From assembly GCA_032718475.1 (NCBI GenBank), contig JAUCBJ010000896.1, positions 36,513 through 100,512 on the forward strand: 64,000 nt of DNA. Direction: 5' to 3'. Below, in pieces: positions 1 to 11,689 of the stretch; position 1 is the first letter of the stretch; every line of letters begins with the position of its first letter. Made by a program: the position numbers and the translations under genes. Source of the stretch: Nemertoderma westbladi. Its lineage: Eukaryota; Animalia; Xenacoelomorpha. The notes below the pieces were generated by a model, which was not told the origin of the DNA, did not search any database, and worked only from the letters and a program-made list of their open reading frames with translations.

Positions 1-863
1 AAGTTTATGCTCTCGAAAACTTCCGGTGTCATCTCCTTAGCTGGAGTTTGATCGTGTGACGTCCAATGGTAAGGTAGGCTCGCGAGTCTTCCGCCCCATT
101 CTTCCATCTCACCTTTCTCGAAAGCCTTGTAGGCTCTGTATAGGCTAAGAGCTTCTTTCTTTTCGCGGGTTGACTGATTCGCCTCGTCCAGCGTAAGTTC
201 AAATGCATCGGGTTCAACAACCTTAGGTGGGTAAACAACAGTTTCTCCCGCCTTTGGTCCAGTCATAGCAAACGAATGATATGGATTTGATAAAGGATAC
301 CCTCCTTCCTGGTAGCGTAGTTGTTGATGGTTCGAACACCTCGCCAATATCGGTTCAGGATTTTCCTTATTCAAACGCATCGGAATCGCATTTCGTTGTT
401 CGCGCATACAAGAACCGCATTGATAATAAAGTTTATAAACTGAAAATGCTTCCTTGGTTTCTCTATCGTCCCCTCGTGTTCGTCTGTAAAGATGCATTCC
501 ATCAAATTCATCGCGTACCGCGGGCATAGGTTCGTGCGCCTTCAGGTATTGCATAGTATGATACAAACGACTAATTTCAGTATCGGGGTCTTCGCTAATG
601 TCTCCCGTATCACACAAAGCGTCGTACGGGTAAAGTTCATTGAAGGTTTTGCGTAAACTTTCGATTCTTTCATTTAATGCGTTTTGCCTTCTCTTTAATA
701 CATTTGAGTCATATTTAGTTCTTGCGAGTTTTGCCGTACTTTCTGATAATTCTTTTATACCAAATATAGTATAGTCTTTGGCTCCAAATCTCTCAAATGG
801 CGCTGCTGCTTCCTCTTGGATATCATATCCCCATCTCGGCTCTCCATGTATCTCCTTCTCCAT
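1..863 (-). CDS. Extra ORF downstream of pol in BEL/Pao element A; >=287 aa, runs off the window edge, function unknown
   Basis: Manual translation from ATG at 863 (MEKEIHGEPRWGYDIQ...YYQCGSCMRE...WGGRLASLPYHW...PEVFESIN) has no stop down to position 1. It is absent from the ORF track because the stop lies outside the window. It carries the element-A 17-bp motif at 76-92. Confidence 0.7.
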   Translation of the reverse strand, partial: MEKEIHGEPRWGYDIQEEAAAPFERFGAKDYTIFGIKELSESTAKLARTKYDSNVLKRRQNALNERIESLRKTFNELYPYDALCDTGDISEDPDTEISRLYHTMQYLKAHEPMPAVRDEFDGMHLYRRTRGDDRETKEAFSVYKLYYQCGSCMREQRNAIPMRLNKENPEPILARCSNHQQLRYQEGGYPLSNPYHSFAMTGPKAGETVVYPPKVVEPDAFELTLDEANQSTREKKEALSLYRAYKAFEKGEMEEWGGRLASLPYHWTSHDQTPAKEMTPEVFESIN

Positions 864-1524
864 AATTAGAGGTGTAGTTACATAATCATTACTACTAGAG
901 GGAATACAACAGAGTTTATAGTTAGTTGTGAGGAGACGTGAGAGTTTCGTCTGCCTTTTGGGCTTCGACAACGCTCTAACCTCCTACCCATAGCCTAAGA
1001 TCTAGGGTTTCTTTAATGACACGCTGCTTCTTATCTAAAATTTTTTGCTGAAATAAAAACGAATTTGGGCTAAACTGGCTGTGAGTCTAAAATACTCACC
1101 TTTTGATCCCAAACTATTATCAGAAAATAAGCAATCAAGAATTAGTAATAAATATAGGGGAGTCTATTTTGACGTAACTTATTGAAACAAGACCGTGTAA
1201 AATTTAATTAAAATTTTAAGAAAGGCTCGCAAGTCTTCCTCTCTTGTTTCTCTAATTTTTAAGTTCCACCCGACTGTACCCTGAAATCTATTCACTGGAG
1301 AAAATTTTGAAAATTTTTCAAATCCAAATGGATTGTCTAAAATTTCGAAAATGTCTCAATATTGTGAGTTCCAAGTAGAATTCCATTTCTTATACCTACA
1401 AATCCCGCTCCTATGTGACACATAAGGGTACTACCCTCAATGTTCACATATAAAGACAATGGAATTCTACCGCTGTCCTTACTACGGTGTACAGGTACGT
1501 GGAAATCTATTTGTAAACTCCTAA

Positions 1525-4500
1525 TTATTTACTAATATTTGTTGGAGATTTGTAGTCTCCAGACTCGTTACGAGTCTCTTCAAGAAGTACGAGACGTTGA
1601 GTCGGTCTGTCAACTGTACGACCGTCAATTGTCCGTACCGTCACAGTTCTTGTCACTCCATCCATAGATGGATGTGTGGCTAAAATTACACCTGTTATCC
1701 AGAAGCGTCTTTTTAGATTCACTTCCGCTAACAGCACGTGATCTCCCGGCTTTAATGCCCGGGTGTTATTGTACCAGTTTGTTCTGGCAGAAATAGAGGG
1801 CAAATAATGGTTTTGCCATATCTCCCAGAATTTGTTAGCTAGTAGTTGCGTGATTTTCCACGCTTTTCTACCGTAGCTATCGCCTTCCATTGGAAAAGAA
1901 ATAGGCGTCAAAGTAGTCGGTGCCTGCATTAGCAGGTGTGCAGGTGTTAAAGCAAACTGGGATTGTTTGTCATCGGGTACTAATACTATTGGTCTAGTAT
2001 TTAGTATTGCCTCGATTTCAACAAACAATGTGGTCAATTGGTCGTCTGTCAATATGTGGTTTACTGGAATGACCTTTGCCATTGCCGTTTTGATAGATCT
2101 AATCAATCTCTCCCAGACTCCGCCTCTCCATGGACTATCTGGAGGATTAAACTTCCAAATAATCTTGTAAGGACGTAGTTCGTTTGAGATTTGATCGTGA
2201 TCTAATTTCTTAAAGGCTCTAGCTATTTCATTTCGAGCACCAACAAAGTTTGTCCCTTGGTCTGAGTACAAGCATTTCACTAGTCCGCGTCTAGCGATAA
2301 ATCGCCGCAATGCTAGTATAAACGCGTTGGTGGAAAGATCCATCACACGTTCGATATGAACTGCCCTACTGGACATACATGTGAAAATCAGTCCCCAGCG
2401 TTTTACTAGTATACGTCCACGTTTCGTATGTATGGGACCAAAGCAATCAATTCCAGTCTCTGTAAAAGGTGGTCTGAATGCTTGAAGTCGTGCTTGTGGA
2501 AGTTCACTCATTTCTTGGGTACCTATTCTAGAATGTACCTTTTTACAAATAATACACGTACGTGTCACTGAACTTAACGCTTTACTGGGTCTAATCAATA
2601 CAAATCTTGTACGTAAGTAGGAAAGACAGTGGTGTCTTCCAGCGTGTTTCAGATGTAAATGTGCGTCCAGTATCATTGCACGTTGTAATTCGTGATGCTG
2701 CGGTATTATTATTGGGTACCTAAAGTTCGTGTTAAAGTCAATGTTTTGAAGCCGAGATTTATGACAAATTAAGCCATTATAAATTATCGGACTCCAACTC
2801 AATATTGGTGACGACTTGATTGGTTGACCTTGATTTATAGATGTGAATTCGCGTGCGAAGTATCGCAGTTGGTAATGGCGAATTAATTTAATTTCACACC
2901 TGTCAATCTCAGTCAATGTAAGTCGACGTGTAAAGTCGCATTTGCCTTTAACGTATTGTACAAAACGTACAATCCACGCTAATTTTCGGCAAGCATTTGT
3001 CCAAGAATCTGTTAGGTTTACAATACGGTCGACGTAAGTATTTGTGACGTCATCAGGTAAGTCAATGGAGAATTTGGAAGGTTTTGATTTACTAGAAGGT
3101 CCCACGGGTCCGCCGGTAAGTATTCCCTTGTTGACTGTTGATCCGTCCGGGTCTACAAGTAATTCGTCCTTCCTTGTTTTCTTACCTTGATTGTCAGTAC
3201 TTTGTAAGTCGATCGTTAATGGTGGTTTGAACTCTATGGGGTCACTGGGTTTCGGTAAACTTAATTTTCTGCCGATATTAATCCCAGGGCTCACCATAGG
3301 TTGCAAGTTTGGTATGTCTCTTGAGCGCAAAGTAACACCTGTATTTACATTAGCGTAGGTACTACCCACATCTGTAATACATGAGGTTTCACTGTGCTCA
3401 TGGTTGCTCAAGTGTGTCAAATTTGGTAGTTTGTCAATACAAGGCTGCTCCAATAGGGAAACTGCGGCTTTACTATTTGTCAATATGTTACTAGTGTCTG
3501 GTAGAACATTTTGTGACATGTCTGGTAAAATGTTTCGCGGAACATCCGGCGAAATATCTAGTGACGTGTCTGGCAAAACGTCTGGTTGACCGTCTAGTAA
3601 CGCGTCTGGTGATACGTCTGGTAACGTGTCTGGTTGACCGTCTGGCGATATGTCTGGTGTAGAAAGGCTCGCAAGTCTTCCGTTCTTGACTTTTGAAGTT
3701 ATCGCCTTCCATTTCGCCTTCGGTTTTTTCTTAAGTTTAGCCGCCGTCTTTTTCTTTGCTTTCCCTTTCTTTGGTTTTTTAATTTCGGCGTCTTTAGGGA
3801 TAGTGTTAGACTTGTTGTCGTATAGTGGCGGCCAATGTAGTGTTGATCTTTGCAAGAATTGTGGTCCGTGCTGCCAAAATTCTTTGTTCTCCGATTTACA
3901 GAATTCCTCAGGCATCATTCCTCGCGACGCAATATCGGCTGGGTTTTGTGGTCCGGGACAATGTCGCCAATCTTCCTTTATTGAACGGTCTAGAATTTCT
4001 GCGCGACGGTTAGCTACGAATGTCTTGAATTCGAGTGTGTCGTTGTTTATGTAAAATAAAACCAACGTCGCGTCAGTCCAATAAAATATCTGTAAACTTG
4101 ACTGTAGTTCCGTCTGTATAAGGTTCACGATTGTGGTTGACAGGGTTGCTGCTTGTAGCTCAGCGCGTGGTGTCGTCATATACTTAGTAGGCATAGTCTT
4201 AGCCTTAGAGGTAATGAGCGAAACATCAAACTCTTCTGAGTCTACTTGTCTGCGCAAGTACGCTGCCACTCCAAAGCCGTTGTCACTGGCGTCGGAAAAA
4301 CAATGTAATTCCAAGTTGTCGGGAAATGTCGTTTGTAATAAGTACACTCTGGGTATGGAATAATCCTCTAGTGAAGATAATTCTGCCTCCCAGGTTTTCC
4401 ATAAATCCACTTGTTCTGATGAGATCGGCTCGTCCCATGTCAGTCCATCCTTCCAAATACTGCGCATATAGATTCTGGCTTGCAGTATTATTGGACTGAT

Positions 4501-5952
4501 GAATCCTAATGGATCGAATAATCGACTCAATTTTGACAAGCAGGATCTCTTTGTCAGAGTGTTTTCTTGAGTGTCCAGTCTCACCTTCACTCGAAAGTTG
4601 TCCGTGTTTGGGTCCCAAAAGAGCCCCAACACCTTGGTCGTCGGTAGTGGTTCAAACTCTAGGTCTATTTCACCACCTCCACGCTCAGTCGTTCCGAATG
4701 AGTCTACCAATTCGGCACTGTTTGAGGCGAATTTGGTGAGGTTAAAACCTCCGCCCGCTAAGCAGTCCCGTAATTGATGTGCTACTGTTATAGCACGTTC
4801 TACTGTGTCACAACTCTGTAAACCATCGTCCACGTAAAAGTCACGTTCTACGATCTTGATTATCTCTGGGTCATATATATGTTTCTGATCCCTAGCGGCT
4901 TGCTTTAGGGCGTACATCGTACAGTTTGGGCTGTCCCTGGCACCGAAAACGCGAACTTGCATTTGGTAAGTCGCTGGTGGTAGACCTAAGTCTCCTTCCG
5001 TGTACCAGAGGAACCTCAAACTGTCTCTGTCTCGCTCTAACGCTCTCACTTGGTGAAACATCGCTTCAACGTCACAAGTAAAGGCTACCTGGCGTTGACG
5101 GAAGCGCATAATCACCCCCATAAGATAATTATTCATGCTCGGTCCATCCATCAACTCGCTATTGAGGGACATTCCCTCAAACAGAGCCGCACAGTCATTG
5201 ACTACACGTACTTTGTCTGGTTTGTCGGGATGTCTCACGTAGTGATGTGGTAAGTAGTATGTCTGGTCTGTCACAATCTCTGGGTTAGTCATTCTGATGG
5301 CGTATCCCTTTGTTAAATACGTCTCCATCTGAGTATTATACTGCAGATGGGCTTTCTCGTCCTTTAATAGATGTTGTCGTATTGAGTGTAAACGTCTTAA
5401 GGCTAGCGGATAGTTATTTATGAGTTTAGGACGTTGGTTACGCCATAGCATCCCTACCTCATAATGTCCGTCTTTCGTCTGGCGGATAGTATCTTCCATG
5501 ATCTTCAAAGATTGTTTCTCTTGTTCCGACATACATGGATCGTAGCTACCAGGTTCAGCTGTATCTTGTTCTAACCACCTGATAGTCTTCTCCGTTAATT
5601 CTTTGTCCAATGCAGCTTGTTCCACTTGATGATTTCTTAATGCGTTATCATCGATATCGACGGGCATTGTTGAGGTTATTGGTGTAGGTAGACTCGCAAG
5701 CCTTCCGGCGTTATCATCTGTCGTCGATGGAATCTCTGGCTGACTCGTCTTCTCCCCAAGTTCTAAACTCACCTGGTGGATTAGCTGCTCCTTGTGACTT
5801 ATCATACTAGCTACACACGTCGTATCATGTTTTGTCGAATGTAGTGTAGTATAGTCTATGTCGTGTGAAAAGGAATGAGTCGAAGTTGTAGTTAATAAAC
5901 TACATGTACTTTGTATATCGTCTTCCTCGTCACTTATATCCAGTGTGCGCAC
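1525..5952 (-). CDS. pol: BEL/Pao Pol (RT, RNase H, integrase) of element A
   Basis: RT: CDVEAMFHQV, FYVDDGL. RNase H: LHCFSDAS, YWTDATLVL, NPADIASRG. Integrase: H-H/C-C zinc finger and DDE motifs GIDCFGP, YSDQGTNF, GGVWERLI. In frame with the upstream ORF across a single TAA at 6028-6030. Confidence 0.95.
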   Translation of the reverse strand: MRTLDISDEEDDIQSTCSLLTTTSTHSFSHDIDYTTLHSTKHDTTCVASMISHKEQLIHQVSLELGEKTSQPEIPSTTDDNAGRLASLPTPITSTMPVDIDDNALRNHQVEQAALDKELTEKTIRWLEQDTAEPGSYDPCMSEQEKQSLKIMEDTIRQTKDGHYEVGMLWRNQRPKLINNYPLALRRLHSIRQHLLKDEKAHLQYNTQMETYLTKGYAIRMTNPEIVTDQTYYLPHHYVRHPDKPDKVRVVNDCAALFEGMSLNSELMDGPSMNNYLMGVIMRFRQRQVAFTCDVEAMFHQVRALERDRDSLRFLWYTEGDLGLPPATYQMQVRVFGARDSPNCTMYALKQAARDQKHIYDPEIIKIVERDFYVDDGLQSCDTVERAITVAHQLRDCLAGGGFNLTKFASNSAELVDSFGTTERGGGEIDLEFEPLPTTKVLGLFWDPNTDNFRVKVRLDTQENTLTKRSCLSKLSRLFDPLGFISPIILQARIYMRSIWKDGLTWDEPISSEQVDLWKTWEAELSSLEDYSIPRVYLLQTTFPDNLELHCFSDASDNGFGVAAYLRRQVDSEEFDVSLITSKAKTMPTKYMTTPRAELQAATLSTTIVNLIQTELQSSLQIFYWTDATLVLFYINNDTLEFKTFVANRRAEILDRSIKEDWRHCPGPQNPADIASRGMMPEEFCKSENKEFWQHGPQFLQRSTLHWPPLYDNKSNTIPKDAEIKKPKKGKAKKKTAAKLKKKPKAKWKAITSKVKNGRLASLSTPDISPDGQPDTLPDVSPDALLDGQPDVLPDTSLDISPDVPRNILPDMSQNVLPDTSNILTNSKAAVSLLEQPCIDKLPNLTHLSNHEHSETSCITDVGSTYANVNTGVTLRSRDIPNLQPMVSPGINIGRKLSLPKPSDPIEFKPPLTIDLQSTDNQGKKTRKDELLVDPDGSTVNKGILTGGPVGPSSKSKPSKFSIDLPDDVTNTYVDRIVNLTDSWTNACRKLAWIVRFVQYVKGKCDFTRRLTLTEIDRCEIKLIRHYQLRYFAREFTSINQGQPIKSSPILSWSPIIYNGLICHKSRLQNIDFNTNFRYPIIIPQHHELQRAMILDAHLHLKHAGRHHCLSYLRTRFVLIRPSKALSSVTRTCIICKKVHSRIGTQEMSELPQARLQAFRPPFTETGIDCFGPIHTKRGRILVKRWGLIFTCMSSRAVHIERVMDLSTNAFILALRRFIARRGLVKCLYSDQGTNFVGARNEIARAFKKLDHDQISNELRPYKIIWKFNPPDSPWRGGVWERLIRSIKTAMAKVIPVNHILTDDQLTTLFVEIEAILNTRPIVLVPDDKQSQFALTPAHLLMQAPTTLTPISFPMEGDSYGRKAWKITQLLANKFWEIWQNHYLPSISARTNWYNNTRALKPGDHVLLAEVNLKRRFWITGVILATHPSMDGVTRTVTVRTIDGRTVDRPTQRLVLLEETRNESGDYKSPTNISK

Positions 5953-6027
5953 AGGCGCTCGAGTATACCACCCTATCGGCGTTCTACAGGCGTATGCGTT
6001 TCCAGCTACGACTGCCGATGGTCTGGT

Positions 6028-9000
6028 TTACCACACTTGATGTAGGTTGAATTGATCTGTCCCGATCAGCATTGCTACCGACCTATAGTTGACAGGACAT
6101 TCAGGTACACCAAGGTGTCTGAAGTACTTACGGTCCTCCAAGGATTGTTCTGGGACAGGACCTAGTAGGTTACTAAAGTCCTTGGTTGCCGCAAAAGTCA
6201 AATCCTTAAAGGGCAACAAAGACCTCTCCTTTTCGCTGTGTTGCGATTTCGGAAGGAGAGTGTCTAAGTTTAACTTAACTCGTGTCACTGGTATTGCACG
6301 TTGTCCATGCATACTACTTACGGTGTAACTGACGTTCTTACCTTGTTGGAGATCCGTCACAACATCAGCTACTTTCTCATCCACATAACTATGTGATGAG
6401 GCTGAATCCAGGATAGCGTAGATCCTTTTGCTCCCTTTGGTGCCAGTAATCTTGACAGGAATTATACTAAACCCCTTTAGTTGATCAGGCGTCAGATGCG
6501 CAATCGATGGTTGTTTGTCTCCAGTATCAAAGTAAACGTCGTCGTCTTCCGACTCTTCATCCGACGATCCTGATTGTTCCGAGAAGCAATCTCTAATGTG
6601 CGTCACGAAAGTCGGTGTTGTTTTCGACTCTCGACCCTTATATGCTGTGTTGCATCTTGCTGCCGCTTCCGGGTGTTCCCTGGTGAAGCGTTTGGTCGGC
6701 GTATGACTGTCTGTGTGGAGCAAACCGTCATGGTTGCGTCCACACGAAGGACAGGTGTCTGTATTTGGGCAGTCTTTACGGACATGTCCATGTAGTGTAC
6801 ACCGCCAACAAGAGTCCAATGGCCGTATTTGTAGTCGTCGTTCCTCCGAGTTCAATTCGCGGAATAGTCGACAACCTCTCAGTTTATGGCTAGTATGTCG
6901 TTTACCTAGCCGTTCGCAATATTGGCAACCGCTGAAATCCACAGTTAGCTGTTGTCTGGTCTGTTTGGTCCCAATTGGTGCGGATACCTTATTATTGTCC
7001 GAAAATTGTCGGGTGTCGGTCGATGTTGCGTAAGTAACCGTCTTGGTGGATGTTGTTTGGGGTTTTTGTCGGTTCGAGGATGGTAATGTTATTCCTTCCG
7101 CCACGATATGTTGGTCCGTGTAGTTCGAACGCGTCTCGACTACTGCCTCTCTGGATATCAGTAAGTAGACGTCTTCCAACTTCAAGAATCCGCCCCTCTC
7201 TTCTCGCTGATATTCTATCTTTCGCCACTCCCGACGAAGTCGATGGTGTAATCTTCCTATTATTTTCAATAGGACTGTCGGAGTGTTTGCGTAGTCAAGT
7301 TGTCCAATCGAGCGTAGTGTAGTAATGGCGTTCTTAATCTCGTCAGCTAATTTCAGTAAGTCAACGGGTTTTGTTATAGCCCCCCCCCTTACAGAGTTCT
7401 TCTATCACTGACTTAGCCATACTAACGGTGCCTCCGTAAATCGAAGTTAAGCGATCATACGCTAGTTCGAAGGCATCTGGTACACCGACAAAGGTCTCCG
7501 CTAGACGTTTCGGTTCTCCCGTCAGCGTTTGTAGCAGGTAGTTGAATTTCTCCCTCGATGTAAAGGCGCATGCTGCTATTTGTGTCTCGATGTAGTCCAC
7601 AAAGGTGTGCCAATGTTTTGAATTACCTGAAAACTTCGGTGGTTGTTGCACCGGTAGCCCTTGTCTTGCTGCGAATTTCGCTATCTCCTCGGCCACGTTC
7701 AAAGTTTTGCGTCCTTGGTTGGCAATCGAGTTGATGTTCTCTCGTCTTGGCGCTTTTCCTTGATACGAGGTGTTTCTCGAGGGTTGCTTTCTTTGTTGCT
7801 TCGGGTGTCTAGAGTGTTTCCTCTAAACGTTCCTCTATCTGGGCCAACTTGTCTACAACTGGGCGCATTATTTCGGCGAGTTGTTGCGTACTAATTGCGT
7901 CCGTTGGTTGTAACGCTTTCTGTGTTGGTGTATTTTGTGGAGGATTGTCGATAAAGGAGTTATCTGAACGCTCACGTTTATATTCGTCGGCCGCTCCTGT
8001 TCTAAATACCTCACGTTTCGGGTAATCCGATTCACTCGAAGTACTACTGTCACCTGGATACGGTGGTCGACGTGCTCGTGTCCGTTGCGTTGTTCGAATT
8101 CTAACATTCCGTTTCGGAACATCGTCCACTGGTCTCCGTTGTTCGGTAGGCTCGCGAGTCTTCCTCGAAGTCGTAGATTGCGATGTAAACTGGTTAAACG
8201 GTTGCGTTTCCACTGGTCTCCGTTGTTCGGTAGGCTCACAAGTCTTCCTCGAAGTCGTAGATTGCGATGTAAACTGAATCGGTGGTCGAGTAACAGCGTT
8301 TGAATCCAAAGGCCTTGTAGGTCTAAACACAGTTGGGTAAGCGTAGTGTGTAACGGGTTTAGGTGTCGAAGGTGGACTCACCTGTTTAGTCGTCAGTAAT
8401 GCAGGTGCGGTCAACAAACTACTACGATCTGTAATCGGCGGGTTACTTACCTTGACTTTTAGAATGGGCGACGACGTTGCTCTTGGCTGCACAAACTTGT
8501 CCGGAATAACAAACCTGTGTTCCGTCGCACCATGGATAGGAGAAATGTTACTACTACCCGCAATCGAAACAGGTTCTTTAGTCGTAATTGGTGCAAACAT
8601 AGGAGTTACTTGAGGGAATCTTTGACATAAGTCTTTAACTAATTGTCTTTCTCGCCCAGGTGCCCCTACACTTCCTTCCTTCATTCGTTCCTGAATTTGG
8701 CGGTGCCTTACCTCTATCTGGTCCAAATCATGTCCGTCACGAGATCTCATCGATCGATCGCGGGCTAGAAGATCCAGATTTTCCTTGGCTTCGGCTTCTA
8801 TAGTGCTGTTGTTGCTGTCTGGAAATTTCTGACGTCACTATACTTACCTCGCCAATTTCGCTACGAATACTCACTAACGATTGGTCCAGTATTCCCGGTG
8901 CCGATTCGATTTGTACGGGCGAAGTTTCCCTCGTATATTCTGGCACGGTTTCCAAATCGCCGACGTCTTCGCCGCACATACGTAAGTGGTCCGTCAGATG

Positions 9001-9639
9001 TTTCAATTGTCCATCCAGTCGGTACAGTTCCTGTTCTTCCTTGGGCTGAAATAATTCGTCCGAAACTGACTCACCTAACAACTGGTCCGCTTGTTCCTGT
9101 TGTATCTGCCTAATCGTCGACTTAAACTGAATCAGTTTCTCTCTAGCGATCATTAGTTTCTCGAGGATTCTAAGTTGAGTATCCACGTCCTGTCTCTGTC
9201 TAGCTAGATCTTGTAGACCAATTAGATTATCTACGGACTTATGTACTCTACTTTGTACTCTAACCTGGAGGGTGTAGAACTCAAACCGAGACATCGGAGC
9301 GGTCAACTCGTCTAATATGCGTTGGCCTTCTCCAATACTCCTGGTAATATGCGCCATGTAGCCGCCGACGCTTCTAACCACACTCTCCTGGCTTCCTACT
9401 GAACTTACCATGTCCGTTTCCCTGTATCTAGGTTGCGGGACCGTTAGAAAGTCCTCGGTCCTGCCGTCGCCTCGTACTACGGCATCCGGTACTCCCGTTG
9501 GATGTACTGGTGACGCACACGGTGTAGGTTTGGTAGGCTCGCGAGTCTTCCCCTGTGGTTCTTCCGCTGCTGACTTATCTCCGTCACATGAGTCATAGTT
9601 GGTAGGTGTATTCTTCGTATAGTCTTGTTTGTCACTCAT
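6028..9639 (-). pseudogene. gag: Gag-protease of element A, split into four ORF fragments by frameshifts and stops
   Basis: 8737-9639 and 7809-8750: coiled-coil and low-complexity N-terminus. 7361-7702: PPKFSGN..W..F...KFNYL (Pao DUF1759-like capsid). 6028-7269: Cys/His knuckles (CWRCTLHGHVRKDC, CPSCGRNHDGLLH) and aspartic protease ILDSASSHSY. Confidence 0.85.
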
Positions 9640-9723
9640 TTCGGTAGTTGTAAGTCAAGTAAAGTGAGTGTCAAAGTATCGAATTTACCGTATTTATATC
9701 TAACGGTACTAATTACAGTCATA

Positions 9724-9852
9724 TAAAATTAGCCTACCGGCCGATTTTATAGCAAATGGATAAAATTAGCCTAGACGGCCAATTTTACAGCAAATAAATG
9801 TCACGGTATAAGTATATAATAAAATTAGCCTAACGGCCAATTTTATAACAAA
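9724..9852. repeat. Three tandem imperfect hairpins (ATAAAATTAGCCTA..GGCCAATTTTAT) in the leader of element A
   Basis: Copies start near 9724, 9759 and 9819. Confidence 0.7.
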
Positions 9853-11689
9853 TAAATCGGATAACGATATACGTTATCAAAATATAAATTTAACACAAAT
9901 AATACGGACTAATTCAGCAATAAACAAAGAAATCGTACGGAATGCATAAATACTTGAGACAGTGGAACCCACAATAATTTTAACTAATATGGTAATGCCT
10001 AACTGATTAATGCAACTTTTCAAACTCACCCACTCCAATAATTCTCCAGAAAAAACAGATTCCCAGATACAAACCGGACGTGAACCTTTCCGTTTCCAAC
10101 GCTGCGGACGAAGTGCGATTTTCCCAACCAAAATTGTTGAGTTATCTATCTCCCAAACTCGTGAAACACGGTCTTGCTCCCGTTACAGTCTAGAAATGAG
10201 GTCTGAATCCTGAAAAACAAAAGAGTTAGGTTTTACTTTTACGAAAATTTTGTACCGGTACAATATGGTATTTAAACCCTTTTAAACACCGGTATTCAAT
10301 TCCAAAATGTTTTACACGCGGTTCAAATCAAATTTTATTTCAAAAAATTAGCACTTAGCTAATCAAATATAAATTTTTACCTCAAAATACAAAATTTTCA
10401 AATAACTTTAGTCCTACCGAACCGTAGTTCAGTAAAACATATTCCTACTATTGTGAAGAGACAGTAACAATACCTGCAATATCATACTACAAAGTTTGTG
10501 AATCAAATCATAATCCGACCTTCTCACCAAAACAGTAAACTCCAAGTAAGCGAATATATTGCAGTATCGGTCTCTTATAACAGGTGAGGCAGAAAACAGT
10601 CTACGGACAGACAAACTTCGATAAAACAAAATCCCGCGCAGCGAATCCTAAAATCAGGCTGACTCACTGACGGACTAAGGGGCTCGTATACTTTGCCGCG
10701 GTGTGATTTATATGGTTGGGCGAAAAGGACGCTAGCTAGGTGCAGAGATTTGGAGATATCTAACTAGCGGGCAAAGTGCAGTACGGACAAAAGTTAATTT
10801 TATATATTTTGAGGTGTAAATAATTTCTAACGCGCGTGTGTTAATTCTGAACAGTCAAGATCAGTTTTGCTCCTTCATATATATAATTACTGGGTACGGT
10901 GTGCATTTTACGAATATTCTAATTTTGTAACTTGTAGGTCCAATACTCACGAATGATAAGGCTCCTTCCCCTCTTGCGTATTTCCAGGACTCAAATTCAG
11001 GCATAAGGTTAATACTACGCCCAGAATTCGGCAATTTTAATTTACCAGGTCCCTAATACTAAGAAGAAATGTGTTAGTTTACTACAGTAGGCGTACTGTT
11101 ACTAATAGCTAGCCTGGCGTCCTATCTAGAATTTTGGTTACCTAGGTGGGCTTGGTAACTTCCTATCAGGATGTCGGCGGGGACACGGTAGATGTTAGTA
11201 TATCCCTAATAGCCTCAATTTATTTTGCGCCTAGTCGTAAACTGCCCTACCGCCTGAACGGTACAATCCTAATTCAGGTGAAACACAGTAACTCTCCTGG
11301 CCTACAAGTTCTAATGCAATGGACACCGTTGTACTACAAATAGTCACAGACGCACCTGTACTTAGCAAGAGTTAGGCGTACAGTTTGCTGCACCCTACCA
11401 ATGTGTATGCTTTGTACCGGTGTGCCTACGTCCTATCTGCGTACTAGTATCTCTGCCTGAGCTCTCCTCTCCTCTCCCCCGTAGGAATATGAAGGTCTAC
11501 TGCGGTTTTTTCCTGAATCAAAACAGTACAGTCCCTAGATGTAATTTTAGGCGTACAGCGTGTCACTACCTCTACCTTCGATCTTTGGTCTTATACTTAG
11601 GTAGCAAGGCATCGAACGCTGTCTAACCTTTCAGGCGATGGGTGAATAACTGAGAGTGATATTGCGGGTTGTCTCCTGTCTACATTCCT

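Noticed and set aside
6028-6030. Stop-codon readthrough between protease and RT in element A
   Set aside because: The TAA lies inside a region that is continuous in B, just before the TP.GW motif. A simple nonsense mutation explains it.
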